DNA from: Bugula neritina
Lineage: Eukaryota; Animalia; Bryozoa
Assembly: GCA_964035545.1 (NCBI GenBank)
Contig: OZ037768.1
Location: 15,669,875 to 15,733,874, forward strand
Length of the DNA: 64,000 nt
Direction of reading: 5' to 3'
This document shows positions 48,383 to 63,300 of this stretch, one piece after another (the stretch's first letter is position 1; each line of letters opens with the position of its first letter). The translations under genes and the position numbers were made by a program. The notes under the pieces were generated by a model, which saw only the letters and a program-made list of their open reading frames with translations, had not been told where the DNA came from and ran no database searches.

Positions 48383-51300
48383 GTGTGTGTGTATATATAC
48401 ATGAGTATGCAGAGTTATACACGAAAAATGGATTAGGATTATTTTTAAAAATATGCAATTATATGCCTAAATATGAATATTGAAACTAGCAAACAGATTA
48501 GGCATCTAACTTCACTGTAAACCAACTAACCCCTTCATCATCCATGCCAAGTTCGCCAGCATCAGCATTCGCTGCATTCTCTCCATCCTCATCATTATCA
48601 TCTTCGTCTTCGTCGTCATCATCTTCTTCAGACGTGTCCTCCTCTTCTTCCTCATGGTATGCAGCCTCATCTTATGATATCACATCAACATAACACTAGA
48701 TCTACATATCCTTACAGAAGTAGTTCTTAACATTCTCAGAATACAACACAAATTTCTCCAGTGTAGTGGGCCAACGCAGCACTATGCAAACATAGGAAAG
48801 CTATCATTTATCAATTATACTTCTTTTGGTTGTTGGTGTGCTGTTGTATAAAATATCAAGTCAATTTTTCTAATATACCAATCATGTAAATAATACAGCA
48901 ATTGTTGACCTTCCCATATGTTACTATGTACAGAATACAACTTAATATATGGCAGTGTCAATGCTAATGTACATAGTGGCAGTAAAAATTGGCACAAAAT
49001 TATGGAAGACGTTTGCAGAATGACGAGTTCTGGGGACCCAGCAAAAATCTCTGGGAACCAATTTTTAGGTGTGAGTCTACAGGTTAAATACCACTGCCTT
49101 CCATTGAAAAATTACAACACCAGAGGTAGGTACAACAACATACTACAACAGCAGAAGCAAGTACAGCAACATACTACAACAGCAGAGGTAGGTACAACAA
49201 CATACTACAACAGCAGAGGCAAGTACAACAACATACTACAACAGCAGAGGTAGGTACAACAACATACTACAACAGCAGAGGTAGGTACAACAACATACAA
49301 CACCAGAGGTAGGTACAACAACATACTACAACGCTAGAGGTAGGTACAACAACATACAACACCAGAGGTAGGTACAACAACATACTACAACAGCAGAGGT
49401 AGGTACAGCAACATACTACAACAGCAGAGGTAGGTACAACAACATACTACAACAGCAGAGGTAGGTACAGCAACATACTACAACACCGATCATTCTAGTT
49501 ATAAATTAAGACAGGCACATACCATCATCTTGTCTGTCATCTTCCCCAGGATCGACTTCTTCAATGTCAAACAGATTGACTTCGGAGTTATCTCTATCAA
49601 CATCGTCATCATCAGCTGAATGATCCGACCGGCCCTGGCTCAGAATCTCATCCAAAGCCTGCTCCAACACTTCGTTGACCTGTGACCACCAAAATAACTT
49701 GAAAAATCTATTATATAACATTGCAAGGTAGGCATCGTCATAAAACAGACTAAAATATTAAAAAAAATCATTATACAAAACCAAATAAGCATCGTATGCT
49801 TTTGTTTGCTTCTCTAAGTCGTATTTTATTAGAGACTGGTTAGTTTATTGCATGACAGTTTGACGGTAGATTGAATTAATAAAAGTGCGCAGTACGCATG
49901 ACCTCATACCTGCTGCTCTACATCAGCTATATTATTGAGAACCTCAGCATGCCTCTCTTCAAACCGTGCTCTTTCAGCATCAACATCACTTTCTCTGATA
50001 TTAGACTCATCTGCAACTTCATTGCTGTCGGAATCAACATCAATAGGAATGTCTCCAGTATCAGCAGGCGCTGTTGTCATGGTAAAACATATTTATATAT
50101 TGTTACAACAATACACTTGGTTATATGAATTTTACTGTGCACATAAACAACCCTGTTATTTCAAATCATTGTGATATGTAAAACAATGGCACAAAACCGC
50201 TTACCTCTATATAAAATAAAATATATAATTATAAACATGTTGCTCATTAAACCTTTAAAACACTCACCAGCTGAAAACTGTGAGGCTGGTTGACCACCAC
50301 TAGGTTCAGAGCCTTCTCGATCCCCTGCTGGAGTTTCTAGGGCTCTCATAGCCGATTCAAAAGCTCTTTCAGTGGATGATCCCATCTGCTCAGCTGGTGG
50401 CCTGAATTTTACAAAGTATTTATTTGACTTATTCTAACCATAACCATGCCTAACACAAGACCAGGCTAGTTTTCATCTTAAGTCTTCCATTGTCTGAGTA
50501 TCTCTAGTTTACCAAATTCAGACATTAAGCCTCAAGCAAACAGAGGATGACTAAAGGTACAAAAAAAAAACCCAGCAGGACTGCATTTTGTTACATCAAT
50601 AGACAACCAGCATTTGGTCTACTTCCAACCAAAAGAAGTTAGCGAGTCACTAGTTAGTCAGTAAAAGTCAATGAATAGACATGAAATACTTAAATAGGAT
50701 AGGTAGGTCAATCGGTAACACTGAACACTACATTTGATTTGCTAAAATCCAAATTTGTAATTCCCAACATTTTTGCCCATAATTAAAAGATTTTAGAACT
50801 GGAAATTGTTACTATGGTTACTTCAGTGAAATTTTAATAAAAAAAAGCATTTGAAATAAATTCAAACAATGACATCTTTAAATATTTTTATATAATTTAA
50901 CATTTACAAATGTTTCCAGTTTCAAGCGAGTTGAGTTTGAACATCAGACATGAGCTACACCGGAGTTGAATCTTCAAAATATTATAATTAGATAAATAAA
51001 CATATATCTACTCACCCAACAGTAGACGCCTTGCTGACATTAGGAGTTGGGGCTATTTGAGGTAAATTAACAATTCTAGAAAGAGACTCTAATGGTTTTA
51101 GTAAACAGTTGATAGTATTGACTGCTGACGGGTTGGACAAATCTAAGCTGTGTGGGATTCTGGCTATGTCAGATACCAAGCCCCTCTTCACCATTAGCTT
51201 CACAATCTAACCATATAAATAACCAGTCACTCTTTATTGGTAATAACATGTTACTTATCACAAGTTGTGGAAAGCTTTAAATAAAAAAACATTCTACTGT

Positions 51301-54300
51301 AGAGTTATAAAGCAAACTTCTACAAAAGTTTGAATTTTATTTGAGATTTCCAATGCCAGTGGGATTCAATGTATTAATACATATTGGAGAGCTTTTATAA
51401 CTTCCATTCACCAGTTTCAAAGATTTACAGCTGAGGTTCCCAAGTTAGCAAATCTGTTGAAAATCTATGTTTACAATTTTTGGGTACCAAATTTTAAAGG
51501 TTTTGTTCTCAAAACAAGCAGAAAACATATCTTTGAACTTTGAGATTCAGACTTGAAATTACAAAAAAAAAAACACTCCAGAAAATAGGAAATTAGCTAA
51601 ATATATTATGGCTAAACTGTTTATAAGATCATATCCATAGCTATGAGGAATAAACGCATAGTCTCCATTTGTATATCAAAATATTAAAAAAAAATATCTT
51701 TAGGAATTTTGCTATCAACATTTGTTTCCTTAAATAAACTTTGTAAAAAAAAAATGAGAAGTTTCAGCAACCAAGTTCAGTGACAACTGAAAAGGCTATC
51801 AAACCCTGTACCATACGATGGTTGAAAATCTTAAAAAATGGCAAGTAATCTTATTGGCTGTACTATATTTTTTAAGATTGTTATTACAAGCAAATAAAAC
51901 TTGCAATATTGGTAAACTGGACACAACTTGGCAGAATAAGTATAGTTCATATCTCACTTGATTCATAGAGCTGGAATTCATAGTTTTGATGAGCAAAGAT
52001 GGTTTAAGCTGGCTTTGAGCACCGGGACATGCCTCAATGAGACTGCTGACCAAGCCAGTCAGGGTCTGGATGTGTGTGTACTTGTGAGGCATTTCTGACA
52101 TAGCCAGAGTTTTCTAGAACACATAGTTAAAAGATAGGTAAACTAGTAGCCTTCCACCGACACAGAGCATCTGCAAAATGCCTTTTTGATATTATTAGAG
52201 AATTCTTCCAAGTTGAGACTAGGAGTGCATTATTTGTAACTATGGCTTTTCATAGTATAAATCAATTCACCTTGAAAATGCTAAGTTAGTTGCTGAACTG
52301 GCTATCAAGCCACAAAAAAAGTTCAAATATCATTTCAACACAAGTAACAGGTTAAAAAAACTGTAACGTCTCCTTTAAAATAATACATTGGTGAAATTAC
52401 CACTTGTGTAAATCCAGTCAAGTAACTGGGTAAAAAGCAATACAATGTTAACAATGTTTACCTGCAGGGCTAGCCTCAGTTCATTGACCAGAACAGTTTG
52501 CGCTTCAATACTGTGATTACAGGAGGCAAGGCTAGCTAGAAACATTTTGCACAATGTGGGGCAATCCTTGTCACCATCTTCTTGGGTGGAAGGCAGCAGT
52601 TTATCAAAAATAAATGTCAATGCAGTGCAAGTCTACAAAAGAATAACATGCGTTGCACATCGATATTCAATAACTTCATTATTCAATAATATTAATACCC
52701 ACATAGGTTCTGTGCAGACGTAAGCCAAACAAAATTGTTAAAAATTGAGCAATAAAAACTAAGCTGCATTCAATCTATAAACTCTATAAACAGCAGGAGA
52801 GTAGAAACTCACTTCATCAATCAAGTCGGACTGGCCAGCCAAATACACATGCTGTATGATGAGATTAGCACACATAGGGTATGATCTAACAAACTCAGAG
52901 AGCATTCTGAGAATACACGACTTGGACAGAAGAGGCTTTGTTTGAGAGTCGCTGGCTGTTGATGAGGAGCGGACATCTTCATCATTGGTTGATTTGGCTA
53001 ATAAAAAATAACTAAGCTGAACTGTCTACTCTGCATAAGACTAGGAGTAAAACCTGCCATAAAAATTGCAGTGCACTTGTTAATCTTTGAGCTGATCTTA
53101 GTTTCAATCAAAGTCTACCAAAACAATTAACACCAATAATCAAATGATTACAGAAAAATTATCACTAAACTTATTTTATTGCCTGGCATGAACAATGTAT
53201 GCATTTTTGGGAAATTGGCACAAACCTACCTTTACTTTCCAAGTACTTTGTGTCAATGCTGGAAGATGTAGTGCTGTCATTGGTGGCCAGGAGTCCCTGC
53301 AATACTGAAGTATGTGACAACACAATAGCTGTTGCAGAGCTTTCTGTAGGGGATATATCTTCCTGAGATGACTTTTCTAAAGGTTTATGTTTTTCAGTCA
53401 CACTAGTAGAATGCTCACTGCTAGATTTTGAATATGGTACGATTAGTATATTGAGGAGAGAGGTGATAATCTTTCTAAACGCATTGGATGGTACAGATGA
53501 TGCAGAGGTAGGTGTGGCTTTCTCTGGGCTGTAAGAAAGAATGTCTACTTGGTGTTGAGATGACCACGGCGGCTCTGTAACAACATTTATAGAAAACACA
53601 TGAGATAACAAATCCATTTTGACAAGGCTAATGCAGCTTATTCAGCACATAAAATAACAAAGAAAAAAACATTTATGACATGAATATGAGACAAATACTC
53701 AAGCAAAAAAAGAAGACATCAACATAACAAATTCAGCTGCTTCCAGGCTAGATGCATAATTTCAACATCAGTTAATATTGAAGAAAAGGCTAGAGATTAA
53801 GTGCGGAGCAGTAGAGGGCAAAGGTCAGGTGTCATGAAGAATTTTACCTTTGCCATTATGAAGACTTATGGAGAGGTGCTGTTGTGCGAGAGTCTTAAGT
53901 TGATCCGTGCTACGGCACATAGCAGGACCAAGCTGCCTCATCACATAGTGGATCTCTTTACTTCCAATAGAATTGGATGATACACCAGTGAGGGTAGACC
54001 CCAAACCAGATACAACTTCCTTCAGCACCTAAAGACAAAACCAGTTTGTTAGTGTTATAATCATACAAAAAATGAATAGTATTTGATAGTAAATAAGCAT
54101 TAGAAGGCTTGCTCTATTTAGTTAATGAGAAGTATTAGGTCCCAAAAGGCAAAAACATACATTTGAAAACAATGTGAAATAGCAAGCAAAAAACTAGTAG
54201 TGAAAAGTACTATAGCCCTATGGCATACAAAGTAGAAACTAACCATTGTCATACACTGCGCCAAGGTGCTCTTATCTTCCAGAACATGACGCAGCAGCAA

Positions 54301-57300
54301 TGTACAAAGACTAGTAAATCCTGTGAAGAAAGAAGCTTGTGTAAGGGCTAAGAGCTGATCCACCCCTCCACAATCAACAAAGAGCTTTGCCTCTTCATGT
54401 TCACGTGTAAACCGAAGGCAAAGCCTTAGCACAGCATGCAGCGTCTCACACTCCACAGGAACAGATATCAAGTCAACACAGCACTTAATGAGAGAGGTAA
54501 TCTGGCCAGGAGTAAGCCCTGACATAGAGTCAAACTCAATGTCCATTGGGGTGTCTGAGCTCTTCTCACGTTCCTCTTGAGAGGGTATGGACAGCATAAC
54601 AGGGCGCCGATTACCTGTATCTTCGTTCAGCTGAAAGTATATACTAACTTATTGCATCTTACTAAAGTCACCAGTTTAAATAAAAAAGTTTTTTTTTCTA
54701 AAATAAGAATAAATTTTTTTTATAACCTTCAACTTTAAAAAATAGACACAGCCTGTAGTAAAATGAAGGGTTACACATAAAACCATGCTATAGCTTTACC
54801 TGAAGCATTGCATTAAACTGTACAAGGTACTTTCGGCGGCCAGCTGAAAATCGGACACTAGTTTCTCCACTTTTATAAGCAGTGTCAATGACATTATTAG
54901 AGGTGCTGTTATAGGCACACCACCGCCCATTTCGGTCATCAAACCATTTCCATGCTGTGCTATCCCCCTGGAATAACATATAAGCAATATATTACATTCC
55001 ATAAGAGATTCTGCATCACTAAGTTTGAGCTGACAAATACATTCGCTGCATGCCCGTATGTTAAAACACATGAATCCATTTGAATAAAATAATAATATAA
55101 ATGGCCACAAGACAACCAAAATTTAAATTATCAAAAATAAGTGAGTATTCAATCACATCTGCATACCAAAACTTTTCTACACTTTGCCTTTCGTTTTGAG
55201 GCCACTGCAGCTTTCTCGCATTGATCAATGATCAACATAACTGGAGCCAACCACCTGAAAAATTATATCATTATTAGGATGTACCATGTGTTTAACTTTT
55301 AAGGTGTTACAAGATGAGAAATCAAACAACATGTGGTAGTAATTATGATACATTCTTCAATAAAACAGAGCTATACAAGCTGCCCTTGCAAATAGATATT
55401 GAGTACATCATAACAATTGCATCAATCAGCAACAAGTTTGCAAAAAAAGTAGTATATGTACTCTTTAACAACAAAGATGAGGCACAAAACACACAGTAGT
55501 ACTCCATGTACACACGACTGCATTAATGTTGCCTTATATACTCTGAAGGTGAGCTAACCTGGGTGTACCCTGACTGCCAGTCAGTCTGAATGCAGGCAAA
55601 CAATTCTGTATCAGGTTTAGCACTGAGTCAATAAAGCCATTTTCCTGCAGTATACTGATACACGGCGTATCAACTTCTTGTATTAGTAAAGTGAGGAGGT
55701 GCATGCGAGCTGCCAACTTGCAGTTCTTATCTCCATGTTTGAAGTACTGAGTAGCATCTCCCATATTGCTGCCCCAAGCATGATGTACCGAGTCTTCAGA
55801 TAGTTGTGTGATAACATCAGTGATCTACAGAGCAGAAGGGAAAACCATTGCATGCACAGAAGAACACAGTGTCAGAAATAGTTAAACATATAATTCCTCA
55901 TTCAGTAGCTTCATTTCTTAACTTCTGAACAGTAGAAGTAATAGCATCTAAAAGAGCTATTTTTAAAAACTTCAAAAATGCAAATTTGTTTTTTAAATTA
56001 TAAAAGCATTAGTTTGTGTATTGTTAATTAACTCAAATACATAGAAATCAATCAACACTAGCTGATTATTACTTTTGTCCAAAAAAACCTCCACATCTTT
56101 AGTTTAGTTGCTCCTTACCTCTAGAAAAAGTTGCTTGAACATTCTTTGTTTCCATTCGTCCCCATTACGCTTCCATACTGTTACCAACAATTGGCAAATT
56201 TTAAAAACAGTGTTGGGCATAGCATCAAGCAAATTCATACAACCAGCCACCAAGTTTTCGGTCAACTCATCCAAGTCTTCGGTGGTGAGAAATGATGGTG
56301 CAGTGCTAGATGAGCAACTAGGCTGTGATTCAGTGACAGCCTCAGGTTTACTTTCAGATTTACTCTCGGTCTATGGAAAAATAGGAGAACCAGGTTTTGA
56401 CTATCACAACAATGCTCAGGCTGTAGCTTGTTTAATATCTCTGTGAGAACCCCTTATGAGAAAGGGCTAATGAACATGGCTTAAGGACTTTTGTTGTGGA
56501 ATAGGAGTAATTAATACAATATGCTTTTCCCAACATCACCAATGGCTCTGTCATTTCAAACCTATGACCTAGAAGTTACTAAGCCAGCACCCTAACCACT
56601 ATACTACATCCTAGTTCTCTTAATTATAATACTGGCAGCTGAACATCAGTAATATTGGTTGAAGCTGAACATAACTATTTGAAAATCATGTAATTATAAT
56701 ATTGTAAAAATATCCTATAAAACATGTCTACGTTGCAAACCTACCATGTTTATATAATTGGTTGGAATTAGCTTGAGTAGTATAAAATAGACTCATCATA
56801 ACTGGCATACTGTTAATATTTATGCAAACTACTTGTAGCATAGCAATCCACTATAAGAATGTCAGGGATGAATACAAGTTAACAAGCATTATTCAACAAG
56901 GTACACACCTCATTGGTTGAAGTGGTCAACGAGAGCTCAATGGCTGCTCTAATTTGTTCATCCTCTGTCAGAGATGTCTCCATTGCAGGAGCAGCTGACT
57001 GGGCACCCCCTGCTGTCACACCAGCAACAGTGTGAGAAATAAGATATTCAGTAGCTTGTTCAACTGTTGATGTGAAATTCAGAGCCTCCACACAACTTTC
57101 TCTAGCAAAACCCATATCCATCAACTACAAAAGTAGACATGATATACAGTTGATGATACCAAATACTAAAAACAGCATATAACACACTGTGTTAGGCACT
57201 GCCATTAGCTTGATAGACTCTTTCCTCTACTTTACCAATTACTTGCAATGAAAATACATGATGGATACAGATTCAATAGTCAATACATGAGTAAATGAAA

Positions 57301-60300
57301 CGTTTACCACTGATGTTAGCAGTTGTACACCATACATGGACAAAATCAGAATACAATAGAAATTTGAAACACTCACATCTCGTAGCAACTCATTATCCTC
57401 AGACACTGGTGCTAGTCCTGGTCTGGTAGGGACTGGCTGGGCTGAGAGGTTAGAGGTGCCGGCAGCAAGAGAGGAAGTGGTGGCAGCAGCAGATTTGCTT
57501 TTACTATAGTCTTTGGCAGCTTCCTGCTCCTTCTCCTAACACCAGCAGATGAAGATATGTCAGCATAACAAGTTAGTCATAGTGGAGCTGTAGTACTGGT
57601 CACTCAGATGTTGCAAATTGAAAACTAGCGGCAAGTATTACTTTAGTATTCAACCGAGAACATTCCAAAAACAAGCATTAAGATCACAATAAAAAACAAC
57701 CTTCACACTGTAAACTTTAGCCAGTCATTGAAACAAGATGACTACTGCAAGGAATACAGCTATTCCATTATATACTGGGACAATGTGGTTCACCAACCTT
57801 AATCATTTTCTCTGCTTGTATAATATGGCCAAGAATGGTGAGAATAGTAAGAGCCACTTGCTCCAGTTCTCCTAGAATTTCACCTTCTAAGTTCTTAGTA
57901 TTGGTCAGTGCTTGATGGTTCCACAATTTGAGTATGCAGTCAAATACAGGCTACAAAATGCGGCACACTTACCTTTACCAAACTCCATCTGCTATAATGT
58001 GTACACAGTGATGCATGCACAAGGCTTCATTGCTCAACAGTTAAAGTTGTTGTTTCATAATATGTAGCACGCTTGCACTTCATAATGTAAGAGACAATAG
58101 CACACATCTAGTAATTGCATTTTTCAGAATTTATCATTTCACTCCAAACAATTCAGCACATTTTTCACATGCGATTTAAAAGCTCAAGAAATCAACGTAA
58201 AATAAACACTTTCTAACAAAAGGTTACTGCAAATACTGTCAGGTAGGTTGCCACGGAGGTGGTATTGAAATACACCTTACTTAATAGCATAAGCTATGAA
58301 ATTTGCATGGTTATACTAGCAGATGCTAATTAAAGACTTTCACATATATTGAAACTTTTATCTTCCCAGCATGAGTCCTGTTGCCTTACGATACAACAAC
58401 GTTGCTTCGTCAAATCATAGCACTTGTAACAAAACTTGAAAGTATAGCGAGTAAATAGCTAGAATGCATAAACATTGTCAGATAAAATGAATTTATTACC
58501 TTCAGCATTTGCTTGAGATAATCAGTGGGATTAAACTTTACAAAATTAGAATTGTTTCCTTTCTCGGGAAGGGGATAAATGGACTCCAAAATGAGCTTAG
58601 GATTCACCATTTTCTCCACCAACAGCAACCAAGTGTCCAAGAAATCAATGCAATGACCTGAAACAATGCAAATGGATAGTTTAGTCATGTTTATCAACAT
58701 AAAAAAACCATCAATTTTGTTCCCATTGCAGCCTCTGTACTAAAACCCACAAGCCATTAGGTTAACCCAGACTAACCTGGAAGTGTGGGTACAGCATCTG
58801 CGCCCCCTCTAAATGATTCAGCAGGTGGAAGTTGACCCAGCACATGGTCAAAAACAGTAAATAGAGCTTCATGTCCTTTACTGTTGATGAATTCTTGTAG
58901 CATAAGATGATAGGATCGCTTATTCTCCTCAAATAGCATGAGCATAATGAAGCCCGCAGAACACATCAAAAATGACATCCTGGAAAGTGCATACTTTTGT
59001 TTAAGCCTAAAAGATCTTTTACGTTCATAAAAGTAACTATGGGAATAGAAGAGAGTTTGGTGTACTTTTTTCTATGCATGCATCATAAGGAGTAGGCCAA
59101 AAACCACGTTAAAATACTTTAATTGTTATAACAACCAAATAACTTACTTCAACTTGGGAACATTGGCATCAGTTGGAGGTTTCCAGCTCAAACCAAAAAC
59201 AGAAATCTTGCAAAGAGATTTCACAACGGTCCTAGCGTTGGCTGATGGCACAGGCGGTATGGGAGGCTGGTGATGGCCTCTTCGCTGTCTGAGCATCACA
59301 GAACCAACACACAGTTTGACCAATACTTGCTGAAACAACTCAGCCAATGTGTTGCCCAGTCTGAAAACATAACAGTCAGTTGATCATACGACAAAATTAG
59401 CAAGTTTCAAATGAAAGTAGCAGTTGAAATACGGACACAAACCTGGAGGTCAAGTGCACCAGTGGTCGAACATTTTTTAGTTGACAGGAAACAAGGGCAG
59501 AAGGTTTTTTGATGCCGGTGGAGGTGGAGCTATCACCAGAAGTTCCTTCACCAGCCTCTTCATCATTTGCAGTGGCAGCGGAAGATGTGACATTAGATAC
59601 GGCAGCCATCATATCAGCTGTACTTAGACCTTCCATAGCAGCTGTCACTCCTACACTACTGTTACTCTCTGTATCCATGTCTTTGGAAGTGGCCAACTTA
59701 GGTAGAAGCTTGGCCATGTCAGCTAAGTAAAGAAATATAACTACATCTTGTATTTACCTCTACATATACACTGCATAGTAGCAATTCGCAGAAAATGATA
59801 GCTACACTTTCTATTAAACAGTGACGCAAAAAAAACCAAAAATCTTCAATCTTTCCTTCACTTTTGTGAGTTGTGAGTTTTAAAGATCATATTATTTAAA
59901 CCTACTTCATTCTTTCATAATGGAGAATATTTGTTGCACATGGTTACGTATCGTAGTCTCTCAAAAAGGTGCAACTTAACACAGTCGCCTCAAATGGGAA
60001 TGAACAATTCTACTGCTAGTACAATTGTCAGCATATGATTTGTGATTTTTCATTAAATACATAACACGATAATGCGTTGAATAGTTACAATGGGTTCCTT
60101 GCGTTGTGTAGCATTGCCATTCAAATATATATATATAATATGGTATAAACATAATTAAAAATATGTATAACCAACTTCAGACGTCAACGGAGAGCAATAA
60201 AATGTACCAACCTCGGCCAAAATCTGACTCAGCTGGTAGACGATCATTGTCACCACAGACTGCCAGGAGAACTGTACCTTCCCAGAGAATCAAGTAGTAA

Positions 60301-63300
60301 AGTTTACCAAGCTGTTCTAGCACTTCCATACCCTGCTGACTACTCCACTGCGAAAGCGAAATCTCTTTCAAATCAGCCTGAATGACACAAAAGCATAGTA
60401 AAACATATATGTGAGTCCACTATTACGTTAACTATCTTGAGGTAATCATGGGCGAGAATTAAGGGATAAAATCAACTTAAAAATCCAATGACAAGATTTA
60501 ATTACACTATTGCAAATCGTGCAATGAAAATTGCTGTGGACTAGTTATATAGAATGCTGACTAACCTGCCCAAATTTGCACATATTGGCAATCATCTTCA
60601 CATACAACTGCACAGAGGTAAGTTTGTGTAGTAATGGTGTCAAAGTTGAGCTGGCAACTGCATCTGAGATGCTTGCTGTACCACCAACAGCATTGGCAAG
60701 CTCATTTAGAAGAACGCTGCCTCCAGGGGGTGGTAGAGGTTCATACAAGCTTCCGATGGAGTCAAGCACTTCAGAAAGCTGTTTTATACCTTCTTGCAAA
60801 ACCAGTGGTTCGTGGCATAACTTCTAAACGAATATATGATTAAACTTAACGGTTGAGTCAGTTTACTTGATTTAGTAAACACTGGAATAATCAACAACCA
60901 ACAGTAAACACAGCTTACTGTCCATTTAGTGTTCAAAAACCGAAATTATACAAGGATATAGATGTACCAATAAAAACATTTGTATTATGAAAGATCACAA
61001 GATATGAATACAGTAAATATAAACCAGAAAGAGCATAATGAGTAACAGTTGATTTTCGTGAAACATACTAGCAGCACAGTGCAGACATTTGACACAGCTT
61101 GGAAAGCCTGAGTGGTAGGAAAGTCCACTGGGAGATTAGGTAATCCAACAATGGTAAACAGAGGCTCCAATCCGTCTTGGTTTATGAACTCCATGCAGTG
61201 ATCATCTGATGATGTGTTGCCCATTATTGCATCTACAAACTTCATCTACAGCAGAAAATACATAGCCCAAGCAGTGCAACTGCTATAGTTGGTTGTTGAA
61301 TAAATGCTATCAAACATGCCTTCAAAAAATTTGTTGAGGCAAAACATAAATTTGCATTGGAAATTTTAAACCAAATTTTGGAAATAGCCAATATTCAGTT
61401 ACACTCAGTACAAAGCTAAAGATATAATTAGACAGAATATTATACTGAAGACCTACCACATTGTGAATGTAATCTATCAGTGGAATTGGTTTAGGAGCAC
61501 TAGTCTTCACCTCTTCTGTTGCTATGGTCTGCTGAGGTGTTGACACAACTATCTGGGAGTTATCACCTGCTAAGCAATTATATATTGTAACTAACCAGTT
61601 CAATCAAGACTTACACTATTCACACATCTTTGATTCATTTATAGCGTAGTATCTCTTATAAAGCTCTAAAAATTTGACTTGGAATGTTTTCTTTAAAACA
61701 AAATACCAGCCAATCAGAAAGGCAGACAAACCCATGTATAAACAGCATACCTTCAGTTACTTCTTCATCGTCTTCACTTTCAATGTCACTGTTGCTAGGA
61801 GCATTGGCAGCAGAAGATGAGCCAGTTGTGGCTTCGATTGCTTCAGATGCTTTGCTGACGCACACATATTGCTTGTCTGTGCCGAATCTGATTATCTCAT
61901 TCATCAACTGGAACATAAACTTGATGAACATATATAGGCACACACGAACATATATACTGCAATGGTGCTAGCAAGACATTTAAATGTACACAGCCACTAA
62001 ATAACCTGCTAAATGTGAACACAGTCTGCAATGCTGTGACCACAAACATCAGTAAGGTGTGCACAGCTGCCACATTGAAATGAGCAGTGAATCACCATGC
62101 CAAGAATATCTTTGAACATACCCCAATAATGGCACTGATGGCTGGTTCTCGCAGGCTAGGCTGATGTCTCATCAGCTCATCCATTGCTGTGCCCAGATTA
62201 CCGGCTGTATCACCAAATGCATCAGAACTCTTTCTTTTCTTCATGGCAGGGAGATACTCTGGAGACAGGAGCACCTGAACAGAAACACACATATAACATG
62301 TAAAATTAGTGTTCTTGGAATCACAGCAGAACATATCTACTCTTATAGTGATAGAGATGATATCATACAGCCATACAGGTACATACTGCTAATAGTATTT
62401 TTCAGGTACTATAATGTAGCAATAGTGTGTATATGTTGTCTGTTTGGTGAACAGTGCTGCCTGTGCATGCTTTACATGTTAAACAAAAGTGTACAAATTA
62501 TATTGCATTTCAAATTGACAAGCATTAATCACAGCCTAATAAGGCATTCAATGCTAAAAACTATAAGATATGAAAAATTTTGAACCTGCAGAACTGGCGG
62601 CTTAGTATCTTGACAATGAATAAACAGAAAATAATCTACTCCATAATTTCATAACCTATATTTATGAACACCAAACCTTGAAAAGTTTGTCAAATGGCTT
62701 GTAGCTAACAAAAGCATCTAGCCCTCTTTGGTTCAAACACAGAGCGCTAAATACATTGGGGAGGGCAGCTAATACTTCCCGCGTAGTAGGAACCTACAAT
62801 GAGTTGATACAAAGAGTAAAATAAAAGCACTCAAAAATACAGAAACCTCCTAATCCAGCATCTAAGTGATATAATAAAAAGAATATACTGCAACAAGACA
62901 CTAGAACTAATAATTTTTTTTAAAAAGGATCCGAGAAATTATACTTGCTTCAAAAATAGCACCAGAGCAAGCGCTCCTTACACAAATTCTATGAACAGCA
63001 ATTTTAGGAACCAGAATTAAGTAATTATAATCCCAACTGAAAGCAAGGCATGCCTTGTTTTTAATAGAAGAAGTACAAAAATTTCATGAATATTTTGAGA
63101 TACAATTTTAGCAAATGGTAGGGTGCTCATGCCAAAAATGTGAGCCAATAAAAAGGTAGTATAGTGGCGAGCGAATTGGAACTTACATCTTTAACTAGTA
63201 GAGATTCAAGGACAACTTCTGTAAGACCCCTGTCTTGCAGAGAAGAAAGCAAAGATGGCTCTTGAAATACAAATACTGTCACGACATCAAGAGCTACAAC

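Noticed and set aside
48251-48483. Tyr/Ile-rich ORFs
   Set aside because: Translation of an (AT)n microsatellite within a HUWE1 intron
49113-49487. CRISPR-like array of ~31-bp repeats
   Set aside because: Head-to-tail with no unique spacers, no cas genes, and inside a eukaryotic intron
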